In this document: positions 1-12,992 of the stretch, one piece after another | How the letters are laid out: each line of letters opens with the position of its first letter | Numbering within the stretch: position 1 is the stretch's first letter | Assembly: GCA_951406725.2 (NCBI GenBank) | Contig: OX597822.1 | Span: 41,788,001-41,852,000 of the forward strand | Length of the DNA: 64,000 bases | Direction of reading: 5' to 3' | Source: Octopus vulgaris | Taxonomy: Eukaryota | Notes under the pieces: model-generated | What the model saw: the letters and a program-made list of their open reading frames with translations, nothing else | Told to the model about the DNA's origin: nothing | Database searches by the model: none | Position numbers and translations under genes: made by a program

Positions 1-369
1 GAGAGACCAGCAGGGAGTGAGGTATGTATATAAACTTGTATATGAGTGTATGCACACACACACATATAGTATTGGTGTCCACCAAATATGATTTGAGATG
101 AGGAATTATAGACATTACAGTTACAATCCTAATATTTTGAATAGATGCACAGACAATCCAGTGTAAAGTTATTTTAATTAATCCAAAGAGAAAAATATGG
201 ACATCACATCATTTTTTTCTACCTTTAAAACCAAAACTTGTCTAAAATAATTTTGATCCAATCTATAGTCCAATGTTCCTTACACCTAACATAGTATGTT
301 ATTTCTAAGATCATATAGAGTTTAACTCAAGATATACACCTTCAAATATACTATATGTGCATAAAATAT

Positions 370-400
<31 letters not shown>

Positions 401-404
401 TGCT

Positions 405-872
405 GATGTGGCCGATGACAGTACTGCCTGATTGGCACTCATGCCAGTGGAACGTTAAAAGTACATCCGAGCGTGATTGTTGCCAGGGCCATGGATTGGC
501 TCCTGTGCCGGTGACTCGTGAAAAGCACCATTCAAGCGTGATCATTACCAGCGTCGCCTTACTGGAACATGTGCTGATGGCATGTGAAAAGCAACATTCG
601 AGTGTGGTCATTGCCAGTGCCACTGGACTGGCTCTTGTGCAGGTAGCACATAAAAACACCTTTTGAGCGTGGTTGTTGCCAGAACCGCCTGACTGGCCCT
701 CATGCCAGTGGCACGTAATAGCATCCACTACACTCTCAGCATTAGGAAGGGCATTCAGCTGTAGAAACTTTGCTAGATCAGATTGAGCCTGGTGCAGCCT
801 CTGACTCACCAGTCCTCTGCCAAACCGTCCAACCCATGCCAGTATGGAAAGCGGATGTTAAACAATAATGAT
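405..872 (+). mobile_element. RTE-derived SINE-like element with internal hairpin repeats and (GAT)n tail
   Basis: Repeated gtgcc.gtggcacgtaaaaagcacc units, then ttaggaagggcatccagctgtagaaac...ccaacccatgccagcatggaaa..gatg. Other copies near 4220-4420, 4500-4760, 11542-11713, 12025-12420, 16063-16255(-), 24742-25018(-), 35260-35420(-), 46790-46925, 50188-50410, 61968-62138. Confidence 0.8.
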
Positions 873-2569
873 ATATATTTATATAGTGGTAAAATTTCCC
901 TTTTGTCTCTATTACTCCATAGGCATCTCTGCAATTCATGTAAACAATGTCTCCGAATATGGCTAGCTGGTGTTCTAGAGTGTCTTTCCCTATGAGCACA
1001 TCCAGTTTTATGGACTATTTTCTGGTCCAATGGCTCCGATTCTCCTTTTGCATTTGCAGGCGACTAATTGAACTTACAGCATGGACGTCCTGAACACTGT
1101 AGTTTGACTGCTGGCCTTTGATTTTCTAACATCTTATTTGCTGGAACAATGCTCTACTGTTCATTCAAGAGTACCTGCACATACACACACACACACACAC
1201 ATATGGGTGAGGGTACTGGCATGGCTTTGTGCAACACAGTGAGACTAAACCATGCTCTGGGTTCAGTTCCCACTGTGTGCTACCTTCAGTAAGTCTTTTT
1301 TGCTATGGCCTCTGGCAACCAAACCCTTGTGAGTGAATATGATGGACAGAAATGCACATGCTTGTGTCTGTTGTGTGTGTGTATCCTTGTTTGATATCCC
1401 ATGCTAGCTATAGACAGACATCACCATCATTCAAACAGTGTTGTTTGCAATCTTCTGTGAAAAATATCCAGACTCAGGAGAATATTACCTTACTTGAAAA
1501 CAGGTGAGGGTTGACAACAGCAAGAACATCCAGCTGCAAAAGAAATCTGCTTCAACAACAAATTTTGTCTGACCTATGTAAGTATGGAAAATTAGGCATC
1601 AAATCATCAGCAACGCTGATGATAATTACAATATTCATTTAATATGTGTGTGTGTGTGTGTATGACTGGCAGTGCCATAGCATGGCCACAGCTTTTTGGC
1701 TGAAATACATAAAAGAATAAAAGATATCTATATATGTGTGTGTGTGTGTATAAAGTGTGAGAGAATGTGTATACATATAGTGTAGTATATATATGTACAT
1801 GTGTGTGTGTGATGCGGAGTATATGATATGTACAAAGAATTTATATACATGTTTTTTTCCTGTAAATCTCTGGAGAATTTGTGTGTGTGTGTGTGTGTGG
1901 CAAAAATAACAGAAGAAAAAAATCCTTACATTTCTAAAAGGCAGTAATCTATATAATTAGTCAAAACACACACACACACACACACAACAGTTGTATTTGT
2001 ATACCACTACTGTTTGAATATATAAGCACACACAAATATACATTTCCACACAGTCGCACACACAAACACACATACACTCACACACACATACATACACACA
2101 CACATAGAAGCATGCATTCATGCAAACACCTACATACATTGATCAATGTGTTAGCTTACTTAACAGAACTAAAATTATATTTCAGTTGCAGAGAGAGGGA
2201 GAGAGTGTGAGAGAGAGAGAGATGGAACCATCCCATTTCATGCTTGAAAATCTCCCCTCCCCCCGTCTCTTCTAACTTGTGTTAGTTTTCTCATAAACCA
2301 TTACATAACTAGTCATAACACACCAACCCTGTTACACACCTGAACTTCTTGTCAAAACAATGATGATGATGGTGGTGGTGGTGGTGGTAGTGGTGTCTGA
2401 CATTGGCAGGTTGCCAAAATATTTTGAAGAGAGCTATATTTGATTTAATTTATTCCAGTAGATAATTGGTATTGTACATTACCCAATGATTTGTGTAGAG
2501 GCATCGTCATCATCAACTGCTTTTAGGGAGTTGCTCCAGAAAGAAGCCACTACAAGGGGATTAAACAAA

Positions 2570-3800
2570 TGAGCCAGGTTACGAAAGCAAGAGAAAATTA
2601 AGCACAACTAATTAGAAAGATAATTAGCTTTTGATTGAGGTGTATTTCAGGGCTGAGGCAAGGTCTCACTGATGTCCTCATCCTAGTGAGACAACTATAG
2701 AAGTTCCTATATTTGTTGATATGGAGAAGTCCTTGAACAGAGTACCATGCTCTGTAGTTTGGTGATTACTAAGAAAACTAGGTGTTGATGAATGGCTTGT
2801 GAGAGCTGTCAACAAAGTGATATTGTCAATGAATTCAGCAAGGAATTTAGATTGCAATTAAATAGGTGTTCATCAGGGTTTGGTTTTTAGCTCAGTATTA
2901 TTCATTCCAGATTTTAACAGCTGACCATGGGAACTCCTGTATGCTAATGACTTGGTTCTAACAACTAAATCTTAGCTGTTTGAATCAAGATTTGGATAAC
3001 CACATTTTGATTCCAGCAGCTGAGATTCAACTAAGAACCAAAATTTAGAGATGAAATTCTAAACATGGAAACAAAATATAGAAAAAATGGTCTCCAGCTA
3101 AACCTAATAAAGATATAGATTTTAATTAATGACAGGACTCTGCTATCCTTTGGAAAATGTCCATGTTTGATATGCTAAAAGAGAGTGGGAAGGAAGGAAT
3201 TCTATATGGTGTGCCCAATGTAAATTGTGAGTGTACAAGATGTGTAGTGAGATCAGCAAGCTAGCAGAGAAGGCAGACTTCATGTATGACAGATGTACAG
3301 GAGTAGTTAGCTGTGAAAGCATATGTGAAGGAAATTCTTTGAAAAGCTTGCTGGACTCACTAGAAGTAGTTGATAGTTTTGGGTACCTAGGTGACCTAAT
3401 TAACTGTGAAGGTGAATGTTCTGATAGGAGAGTAGCCAGAGTAAGAATGGGATGGAAAAAGTTCAGGTAACTATCACCTCTGCTAGTACCGAAGGGATTC
3501 TAGTGATGCTGAATGGTTGTGAAACATGGGAATTGACTGTAGGAGTAGGCAAGAAATGAGTTGAACATGCTCCATTGGTGTGTGATGTTAGTGTATATGA
3601 ATGATGAAGTAGAAATGAACTGAGAGAAAAAAACTGGATATAGAGAATCAGATGTAGTAAGCAAAAGTAAAGACTTTGATGGTATGGCTATGTGATGCAT
3701 GTGTAAGATGGCAATTGGATAAAAATGGTATCAGTCAATCTAAACCGAAAGAATTTTCAGAAAAGGAAAATTTAGCTGACTGCTGGATGGTAAATCTTGT
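2570..3800 (+). mobile_element. RTE-clade LINE fragment (RT and C-terminal part, decayed)
   Basis: FVDMEK..RVP, LRKLGVDEWLVRAV, GVHQG, PWELLYANDL, EVVDSFGYLGD, RVRMGWKKFR. Confidence 0.85.
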
Positions 3801-3897
3801 AGAGGAAACAAACACGAAAATAGTGTAACACAAAATATTGGTGCAACAAGACCTGTCCAACTCATGCAAGGAGGAAAAAATAAAGTTGTTGTTGTTG

Positions 3898-3952
<55 letters not shown>

Positions 3953-4764
3953 CATTATTATTATGATGGTGATGATGATGATGTCTTCATCATCTACCCT
4001 TGGGAAGATGAAAGGTCAAAATTAGCCTTTGAGGATAAGAACTTAGAATGTAATGGGTTGGAACTAAATGCCATTTGGTACTTTTTCTGTTACTCTACCA
4101 ATTTTGCCAGATGACATATTCTAACATCCAGATTAGCACTTAGACCTGCTGCAAGCATTTGAGCCAGGTTTCTAATCTAAGGATAACTTGCATCACTCAC
4201 CACTACCAATAATCAACCAGATAAAAAGCACCCATGCTGGTGCCATGTAAAAAGCACCTGTGCTAGTGCCATGTAAAAAGTGTCCAGTAATGTGGTTAGC
4301 ATTAGGAAGAGCATCCAGCCATAGAAATCATGCCAAAACAGACAATTGGAACCTGGTGCAGCTCTCCAGCTGGCCAAGCCATTCCAGCATGGAAAATGGA
4401 TGTTAAGTGATGATAATGGTGAAGATGAGAGGCAAAAGAGTCGTACATTCTGGCTTTGCCCCTAAATAATTTAACAGATAAAATAATATCAATGTTCGCC
4501 ACCTAGCTCCTATGCAGGTGGCACGTAAAAAACACCATTTGAGTGTGGATGTTGCCAGTACTGCCTGACTGGCCCTTGTGCTGGTGGCACATAAAAGCAC
4601 CCACTACACTCTCAGAGTGGTTGGCGTTAGGAGGGGCATCCAGCTGTAAAAACTCTGCCAGATCAGATTGAGCCTGGTGCAGCCATCTGGTTCACCAGTC
4701 CTCAATCAAATCATCCAACCCATGCCAGCATGGAAACCAGACATTAAACGATGATGATGTTTCT

Positions 4765-5761
4765 AGCATAGGTACAAGATTATAAATTTGAGGAAGTGGT
4801 TTCTGTCAGTACTTTCAAAAAAGTTGACCCCAGTGGAATTTGAGCTCAGAATGTAATGAGCTAGAAGAAATACTACAAGACATTCTTCCTGATGCTCCAA
4901 TTATTCCCCCAGCTTGCTTCTTTAACAACAAAACACAAGAACAACACTAATAATACTTGTTACTAATAATAGCCTTAGGCCTGCAGTTCAGAGGAGGTGG
5001 TCTAGTCGATTACATCAATACCAGTATTTGATTTGGTACTTTTAGTGACCTCAGAAGATGAAAGGCAAAGATGACCTCAGCATGACTTGAACTCAGAGTG
5101 TTAAGAGCCAGAATGAATACAATAATAATAGTAATAATAATATAATAATAATAATATTTTCTACTATAGGCACAAAGCCTGAAATTTTGGGGAAGTAGGC
5201 TAGTCAATTACATTGACCCCCAGTGCATAACTGGTGCTTATTCTATTGCTCCCTAGAGGATGAAAGTCGAAGCCGACCTCAGCAGGATTTGAACTCAGAA
5301 TATAAAGACAAATGAAATGCCATTAAGCATTTTGCCTGGCGTACTAATGATACTGCCAGCTCGCTGCCTTAACAATAATGATTATAATAATAATAATAAG
5401 AAGAAGAAAACCCAGAGAGTGCAAACCTCCGCCAAGGCAACACCAATGTCCTCTCAATGATTAGCCAGAGATGAATTTTAATTAACTCGACTGAAATAAA
5501 CTTGACTGCTCTTACAAATGAGAATACTAAAAAGAAACCTCACTGCTCTCAAAAATTAAGTAAAAAAACAGGAAAAATAATCTAGAATCCTTGCCCGGTA
5601 CTGCATTGATCCAGAAATTTAATCAGTTAGTGTCAGTCATGAGGTCAAACATCCCTGAAAGTTTTATCCAAATCCATCCCATGGTTCTTGAGATATCTTG
5701 TCCATGAACAAACAAACAAGCACAACTGAAAACAACAACAACAACAATAATGATAATGATG

Positions 5762-5796
<35 letters not shown>

Positions 5797-6250
5797 CCTT
5801 TCTACTAAAGGCACAAGGCCTGAAATTTGGTGGGAGGGACTAGTTGATTACATGAACCCCAGTGTTTGACTGGTACTTATTTTAGGATGAAAGACTAAGA
5901 TGACTTCAGCTGAAATTAAACTCAGAATGTAGAGGCAGACAAAAAGTCGCTACGCATTTTGTCCTGTGCACTAACAGTTCTGCTAGCTCGCTATCTTAAA
6001 TAATAACAACAACAACAATAATAATAATAATAATAATAATCTTTTCTACTATAGGCACAAGGCCAGCAATTTTGGGGAAGGGGGAAGTCAATTACATCAA
6101 CCCCAGTATTCAACTGGTACTTATTTTATTCCCACTGACAGGATGAAAGGCAAAGGCAACCTCAGTAGAATTTGAACTCAGAATGTAAAGACGGATGAAA
6201 TGCTGCTAAGCATTTTGCCTGGTGCAGTAACCATTCCCCCAGCTTGCTGC
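4765..6250 (-). mobile_element. Cluster of five tRNA-derived Nin/Deu-domain SINE copies
   Basis: Repeated ggcacaaggcctgaaatt..ctggtactt..ggatgaaaggcaaagtc.acctc.gc.gaatttgaactcagaa; copies ~4765-4925, 4970-5110, 5160-5371, 5798-5998, 6040-6250 separated by (AAT)n. Confidence 0.8.
5405..5735. mobile_element. Possible non-autonomous Crypton-like element
   Basis: cagagagtgcaaacctccgccaagg and aagttttatccaaatccatcc..tgagatatcttg motifs resemble, from memory, non-autonomous Crypton-associated repeats. Confidence 0.35.
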
Positions 6251-6266
6251 CCTGATCATCATAATT

Positions 6267-6304
<38 letters not shown>

Positions 6305-6447
6305 GCAATAAAGATTCAAGTTAATTTAAATGAATTTACTTGAATATGGTACCTAACTTAGATGCACCAAAAAAAACTATACTGATTTAACAATACAGTA
6401 ATGTGGGGTGATTATAAGCGAGAATGAAGCAACAAGAATGGATAGGT

Positions 6448-6538
6448 TTTTAGTACGATCGTTTCATACAAGGACAGGTTTTATTAAAAGTTGCAAAAAT
6501 TACAGCATATAAACGTGTCCCGTACTCATCAGCTAAAA
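6448..6538 (-). ncRNA. Type I hammerhead ribozyme, identical inverted copy
   Basis: Exact reverse complement of 6920-7010. Confidence 0.8.
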
Positions 6539-6919
6539 TACATGTGAGACCATTGGAAATTGTGCATCTATACAAAGGATTAACTCACCCTCTCTGTAAT
6601 GCTAATAAGCAGGAATTGAAACCCACCTCGTTGTAATTGACAATGGATAAATTTGCTTTCTGTGAGTATGTAACCCCTCATCATATCTCTGGAAATTCAT
6701 ATGTGCACTATGGATCGGGTCACCTTCTCTGTGATGCTATTAAGACTTTTTTGAAATTCTGTGATGCTATTAAGACTTTTTTGAAATTCTGTGATAAGAC
6801 TGTACATCATCTTTAAAGAACTTTAATGAACTTTTGAAATCTGTTTATGTTACTTAATTATCTACATTACTTCATGAGTATAGCCTCAACCACTAGGATG
6901 TCTAGAGAACTCACATGTA

Positions 6920-7010
6920 TTTTAGCTGATGAGTACGGGACACGTTTATATGCTGTAATTTTTGCAACTTTTAATAAAACCTGTCCTTGTATGAAACGAT
7001 CGTACTAAAA
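6920..7010 (+). ncRNA. Type I hammerhead ribozyme (Penelope/retrozyme-type)
   Basis: Stem I ttttag/ctaaaa; core CTGATGA 6926-6932; long stem II gtacgggaca...tgtccttgtat; GAAA 6993-6996; palindromic stem III ACGATCGT; GUA cleavage triplet 7002-7004. Confidence 0.8.
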
Positions 7011-7132
7011 ACCTATCCATTCTTGTTGCTTCATTCTCGCGTATATATATATATATATATACACATATATACAACGGGCTTCTTTCCGTTTCCGTCTACC
7101 AAATCCACTCACAAGGCTTTGGTTGGCCCGAG

Positions 7133-7350
7133 CATTGGGTTCAATACCACCCAATCTAAAAAAAAACATCTAAAAACTTTAGAAATACCCTACAATCTAG
7201 GTGTATTGCAAAAGTTGGCATTACTTGGAACTGCACACATATTGCGTAAAGTACTGTTTGTCTGAGGTCCTTGTTGTGACTTGACAAACTGTACAAACAC
7301 AATATCTTCAATCAACAACTTCTCGATATTGTATACTGTGCAACGTCTAT
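7133..7350 (+). mobile_element. R4/Dong-type non-LTR element 3' end (restriction-like endonuclease C-terminus)
   Basis: LQKLALLGTAHILRKVL* then a short 3' UTR running into (AAT)n. Confidence 0.65.
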
Positions 7351-7365
7351 AACAATAATAAAAAT

Positions 7366-7416
<51 letters not shown>

Positions 7417-7969
7417 CCTTTCTGCTAAAGGCACAAGGCCTGAAATTTGGTGGGGAGGAGACTGGTTGATTACATCAACCTCAGTGTTTCATTTGTACTT
7501 AATTTACTGACTTCAAAAGGATGAAAGGCAAAGTCAACCTCAGAAGAATTTGAACTCAGAATGTAGCAAGGGGCAAAATATCACTAAGCATTTCATCCAA
7601 TAGCAGAGTACTTTTATTCCCGATCCCCGTTTAGTTCCTGTTCTTAATTGGTCAACTATAATTAATCAATCAAAAGTTTCAACTAAATAGTTTTGCAATT
7701 AGTTTAGATCTTAAATTTCAAAGAAAACTACTTTAAAATATTTCAGCACAAATTAGATATTTACAAAAATATAATTTTTGTTGTGAAGGGTTTTTTTTTG
7801 TTTTATATTATTATTTTTTGACTAAATTAATTTCTTGGATTAAATTACTATTTCTCAGTTAACAAGGAAATCCTAGTTGATAATGTTATAAAGTAATTGA
7901 AAGAATTTCCAAAGTTCTGTTCTTTGTTAAAAAAATGAAAACTGAAAATAATTCCAAACTTGGTTGTGT

Positions 7970-8440
7970 AGAGTCACTGTATGTAAGGACCTTAAGTACA
8001 AATTATAGCCCTTAACCAGGGGTAGATTTAGTGAATGTAAAGTCTCTAACCAACTATTACAGCTCTTAACCTGGGGGTAGATTTAGTTTTTATAAGGACC
8101 CTAAGCAACAACTACAGTCCTTATGCTTGAGTAAATTCACTGTAGGTAAGGACCCTAAGTACAAATTATAGCCCTTAACTTGGGATGGTTTCAGTGTGTG
8201 TAAGGACCCTAAGTAACTTCTACAGCTCTTTACCTGGGGTAGATTCACTATATGTAAGGTAACAATTACAGCCCTTAACCTGGGGTAGATTCACTGTCGT
8301 CCCCTAAGTATTATAACCTTAACCTAGGGTAAGTTCAGTGCATGTAAGAACCCTAAGTAACTTCTACAACCCTTGAGCTTGGGTAGATTCACTATATTTA
8401 AGGACCCTAAGTAACAATTATAGCCCTTAACCTTGGGTAG
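7970..8440. repeat. Minisatellite, ~58-bp unit, about 8 copies
   Basis: gtaaggaccctaagtaacaattacagcccttaacctggggtagattcactgtat-like units. Confidence 0.85.
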
Positions 8441-9109
8441 GTACTTTCAGTGTTGGAGTTATCATATCAGCCAATAAGATAACACGACACTTACATTCAT
8501 ATAATTAACATCTGAGAAACTGATGCACAGTTACCCCATATCAAACAGACACACACACAAGAATTCTATAACACACACATACATACAACAACAATATAAC
8601 TCAGCTCACACACACATACACATACTCCAGCAGTTCAACACAGCCCACACGACACATACAAAATCCACACATATTCTACATAACAAACCGATGAAACCCT
8701 AAAATACCATCAGAAATAACAAAATACACCCCCACAACAATGCAAAACTCCTGTAGTACACAGACACTTTTCTACATCGCCAAAATATAATCCTGCATGC
8801 ATCTCAGAAATGCAGAAGTGCACTGGTGGTGCAGTTGAAACTTGCATGAAAACTGCTAGCAACATGATAATGATACATCAAGATGTATGTTAAAACATAC
8901 CTTTTATAAGCAGTACATGAAGATATACCTTGTATAAACAATACATACTCACAGGTGTGGCTGTGAGGTAAGAAGTTTGCTTCTCAACCACGTGGTTCTG
9001 GGTTCAATCCCATTGTGTGGCACTTTGGGATAGTGTCTTCTACTAAAGTCCCAGCCTGACCAAAGCATTGCGAGTGGATTTGTTTGACAGAAACAGAAAG
9101 AAGCCCATG

Positions 9110-9348
<239 letters not shown>

Positions 9349-10229
9349 ACACTACACATATGTTTTTCCTTTTCTCATCCAAAATGGGGATGAGTACTGA
9401 GATTCCAATGTGGTGAGCTTGAACAATTTTGAAGATCTCTTCCACATGAAACTATTAGCTGCCTTGTTAATCCACAAATAAATAATATTTATCCACGATG
9501 GTGTGTTGAGTACTTGCTGTAAACAAAGGAGCTAGAGGCAGGGTGGGGAGGCGATCAAACCAATGATGGAGCTCCTATGTCACCATTCAGTCTGCTGGAA
9601 ATAACAGCCAAATATTTTTCAAATTACACTCTACCAACACCCTACTGTCTTGTAAAAGAAGAACAGGTAGTATAATCCTAGATAAACAACGTCAGACAAA
9701 CCAGCATGGTCGTTTCTGGAATGCTCTTGATCAAAAGTTTGTTCAATCAAGGCTGATATGCAACTAAACAACAAAAGTGGGGAGCATCATATGATTGTTG
9801 AGTGTTTTGTTTGTTTGTAGTGATGAATTCAACTCCTCCCACAACAGTTCTACCAGGGCCTAAGTGGAAATAAGACCTAACAAAGTGCTGGATGTTACTT
9901 CTATGGTCAGTTGTTTCATCTTGTGGTACCTACTTAGAGCTAAGTGGACTGGAAAATCTTTAATCATTGGTGATCTGCTGGATCATGGTTGACCTGAAGT
10001 GAAACAGCATTTACGTTACATACTCTTTCTATTCCCAAATCTATCACAGTTTCTTGTTTAAATGTGAAAAACAATACGCTCTCTTTGGCTGCTCCCATTT
10101 TGGTTAATAGTTTGGAAGTGAAGGCCTTAATGGAGCAACTTCATTAATTGTAGACCAATGAATAAATTGTAGGTGAATTGATTTCATACTTCATTTGTAA
10201 TCAGAATGTTACATTTGTTTATTAGCAAT

Positions 10230-10610
10230 CTACTATTAGCCAAGTGGATTATCTAACATATTAACCTAGTGGATTATCTGTGTTAACCCAGTGTTAAACT
10301 ACTGGATTATCTTCAATTTGAAGTGCTAATTTAGGAATTTAGTGTTAACCCAATGGACTGTCATTAATCTGATGGGTTAACCTTGTGAATCAGCACTTGA
10401 GTGTTAACCTCATAGATTATTTCCAATATAATATGTTAACCCAGTGAATTATTAGCAATTTAATGTATTAACCTAATGGATTATCTTCAATATAATGTGT
10501 TTAACACAATAGATTATCAATCTAATATGTTAATCTAGTAGATTGTATAATGTATTATCCCAGTGGATTATCATTAATCTAGTGGGTTAATCTATTGGAT
10601 TTTCTTAAGT
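10230..10610. repeat. Degenerate tandem repeat
   Basis: Recurrent gtgttaacccagtggattatc. Confidence 0.7.
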
Positions 10611-11492
10611 AACTATTGAAATATATCTCCTGCCACGATTGAAAGTGAAGAATCCTTGAACCCCAAAATATAAACTCAGCTTGCTGACATTATTTTCATT
10701 TCATTTACTAAATGGATTCAGATAATATATATTTTTTTTTATCTCTGCCATGAGGCAATAACAACAACAATATTAATTTTATGCTTTTAATAGAAAATTT
10801 GTTTATTTTTCAATGATTTTTTTACTGTGATTTTGTTTGTTTTGTTTTGTTTTGTTTGTTTGTTCTTTTGAGCAGTATACCCTGGGGTAACATCAAGGAA
10901 TAGTGTAAACTAAAAGGTAAATCTATTTAGAACAGCTGCTATCTGATAGCAAGATTCCTGCTGGAATTGTTAACGGAAGCAAAGTTTTTGTATATACGTG
11001 TGTCTTTGTTTGTATGTATGTGTATGCATGTGTGTGTGTGTGCGAGTCTATTAGCTTCAGTTATAAAATCCAGAATTATTAACCTTTTCTGTGTGACGTC
11101 AATTTATTTGACAATTTATTAAATTTGCTGTACTTGTTTCAGTCAACTGGTTCTGACCATGCTGGAGCAATGCAATTGTTACTTATTGATTAAAGTTTAT
11201 ATCAGTAATCTTTTATTGTTTATCTTTTATTTGTTTTACATTGGACTGTGGCCATGCTGGGGCACCACCTTAAAGGGCTAACTCTTTACTCTTTTACTTG
11301 TTTCAGTCATTTTGACTGTGGCCATGATGGGGCACCGCTTTTAGTCAAGCAAATCGACCCAAGTACTTATTCTTTGTAAACCTAGTACTTATTCTATCAA
11401 TTTCTTTTACCGAACTGCTAAGTTACGGGGACGTAAACACACAAGCATTGGTTGTCAAGCAGTGTTGTGGGACACACACACATAAACACACA

Positions 11493-11544
<52 letters not shown>

Positions 11545-12992
11545 ATCCGAGCGTGGCCGTCTGCCAGCCTCGTCTGGCACCTGTGTCGGTGGCACATAAA
11601 AACACCATCCGAGCGTGGCCGTCTGCCAGCCTCGTCTGGCACCCCAGTTGAACCGTCCAACCCATGCTAGCATGGAAAACGGACGCTAAATGATGATGAT
11701 GATGATGATGATGATATATATATATATATATATATATACACATGACAGGCTTCTTTCAGTTTCCATCTACCAAATCCACTCACAAAGCTTTGGTCAGCCT
11801 GAGGCTATAGTAGAAGACACTTGCCCAAGGTGTCACACAGTGGGATTGAACCCAGAACCATGTGGTTGGTAAGCAAGCTACTAGTCAAACAAATTAACCC
11901 CATTACTTTTTTTTTAGCTGGTATTCATTCTGTCAGTCTTTTACGCCAAACCACTAAGTTATGAGACATAGACAAGCCAAGACCAGTTGTCAAACAGTGG
12001 TGAGAGGAACAAACACAAATGCACTCATGCTGGTGGCATGCAATATGCACCATTCATGTGTGGAGCGTTGCCAGTGCTACCTGACAGGCTTTCTGTGCCG
12101 GTGGCATGTAAAAAGCACCGTGGTCTATGCCAACCCACCCCCAGCCCCCATTCCAACTGGCTCCTGTGCCGGTAGCACATAAAAAGCACGATCTGAACAT
12201 GGCCAATGCCAGTGCCACCTAACTGGCTCCCGTGCCAGTGACATGTAAAAAGCACCCACTACACTCTTGGAGTGGTTGGCATTAGGAAGGGCATCTAGCT
12301 GTAGAAACATTGCCAGATCAGATTGGAGCTTAGTGAGGCCTCCTGGCTTGCCAGTCCCCAGTCAAACCGTCCGACCTGTGCCAGCATGGAAAACGGACGT
12401 TAAACAATGATGATGATGATAGATACATACATACACACATCTTTCAGATTCCTTCTACTAAATCTACTCATAAGCCTTTGGTAGGATTGGGGCTATAGTT
12501 GAAGATAATTGCCAAAATTGCCACATAGTAGGAGTGAACCCAAGACTACAGGATTGGGAAGCAAACTTCTAACCAAACAGCCACTTGGTGATTGGATACT
12601 CGTCAGTTTGTTGGGTAATATAGTACTTGAGAGAAAGAGAGCATAATAAACTGGGGACATCAAGACCATTGGCAGGATGGTTAGTGTCACAAATCTGTGA
12701 CACCAGTGTGTGGAACCTGTGACACCAACAATCTTGTCAATGACCCTCTTTTCAACAGTGTGTGTAGCACAAACAGTTCTGTCAATAACTATTTCATTCA
12801 TTTTATATCTCATGTCACTGCTTCTAATATCTAGCTGTGGCATGTATTAGTGTTTTCTGTGAATAGTTTTAGGTTACTTAGAAATTAATGGTAGTTGGAT
12901 GAATTCTTGTCTAGAAATATAAAGAATCTAAACTGTCCCTTGCTGACATTGTTGTTTAACTCCAGATCAGCCCTGGTCACCTATTTATATAC

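Larger units (their letters stand above)
6301..7041. mobile_element. Non-autonomous Penelope-like / retrozyme-like insertion with inverted hammerhead-bearing repeats
   Basis: 131-bp perfect inverted repeat 6418-6548/6910-7040; (TA)n on both flanks; internal 30-bp tandem duplication 6729-6788; no ORF. Confidence 0.65.

Noticed and set aside
351-809. 152-aa ORF and CRISPR-like repeat/spacer appearance
   Set aside because: Internal tandem units of a multi-copy SINE-like element; the spacers are related to each other, no cas genes, eukaryotic context
8805-8850. tgcac/gtgca hairpin followed by gaaac
   Set aside because: No CUGANGA core; too degenerate to call a ribozyme
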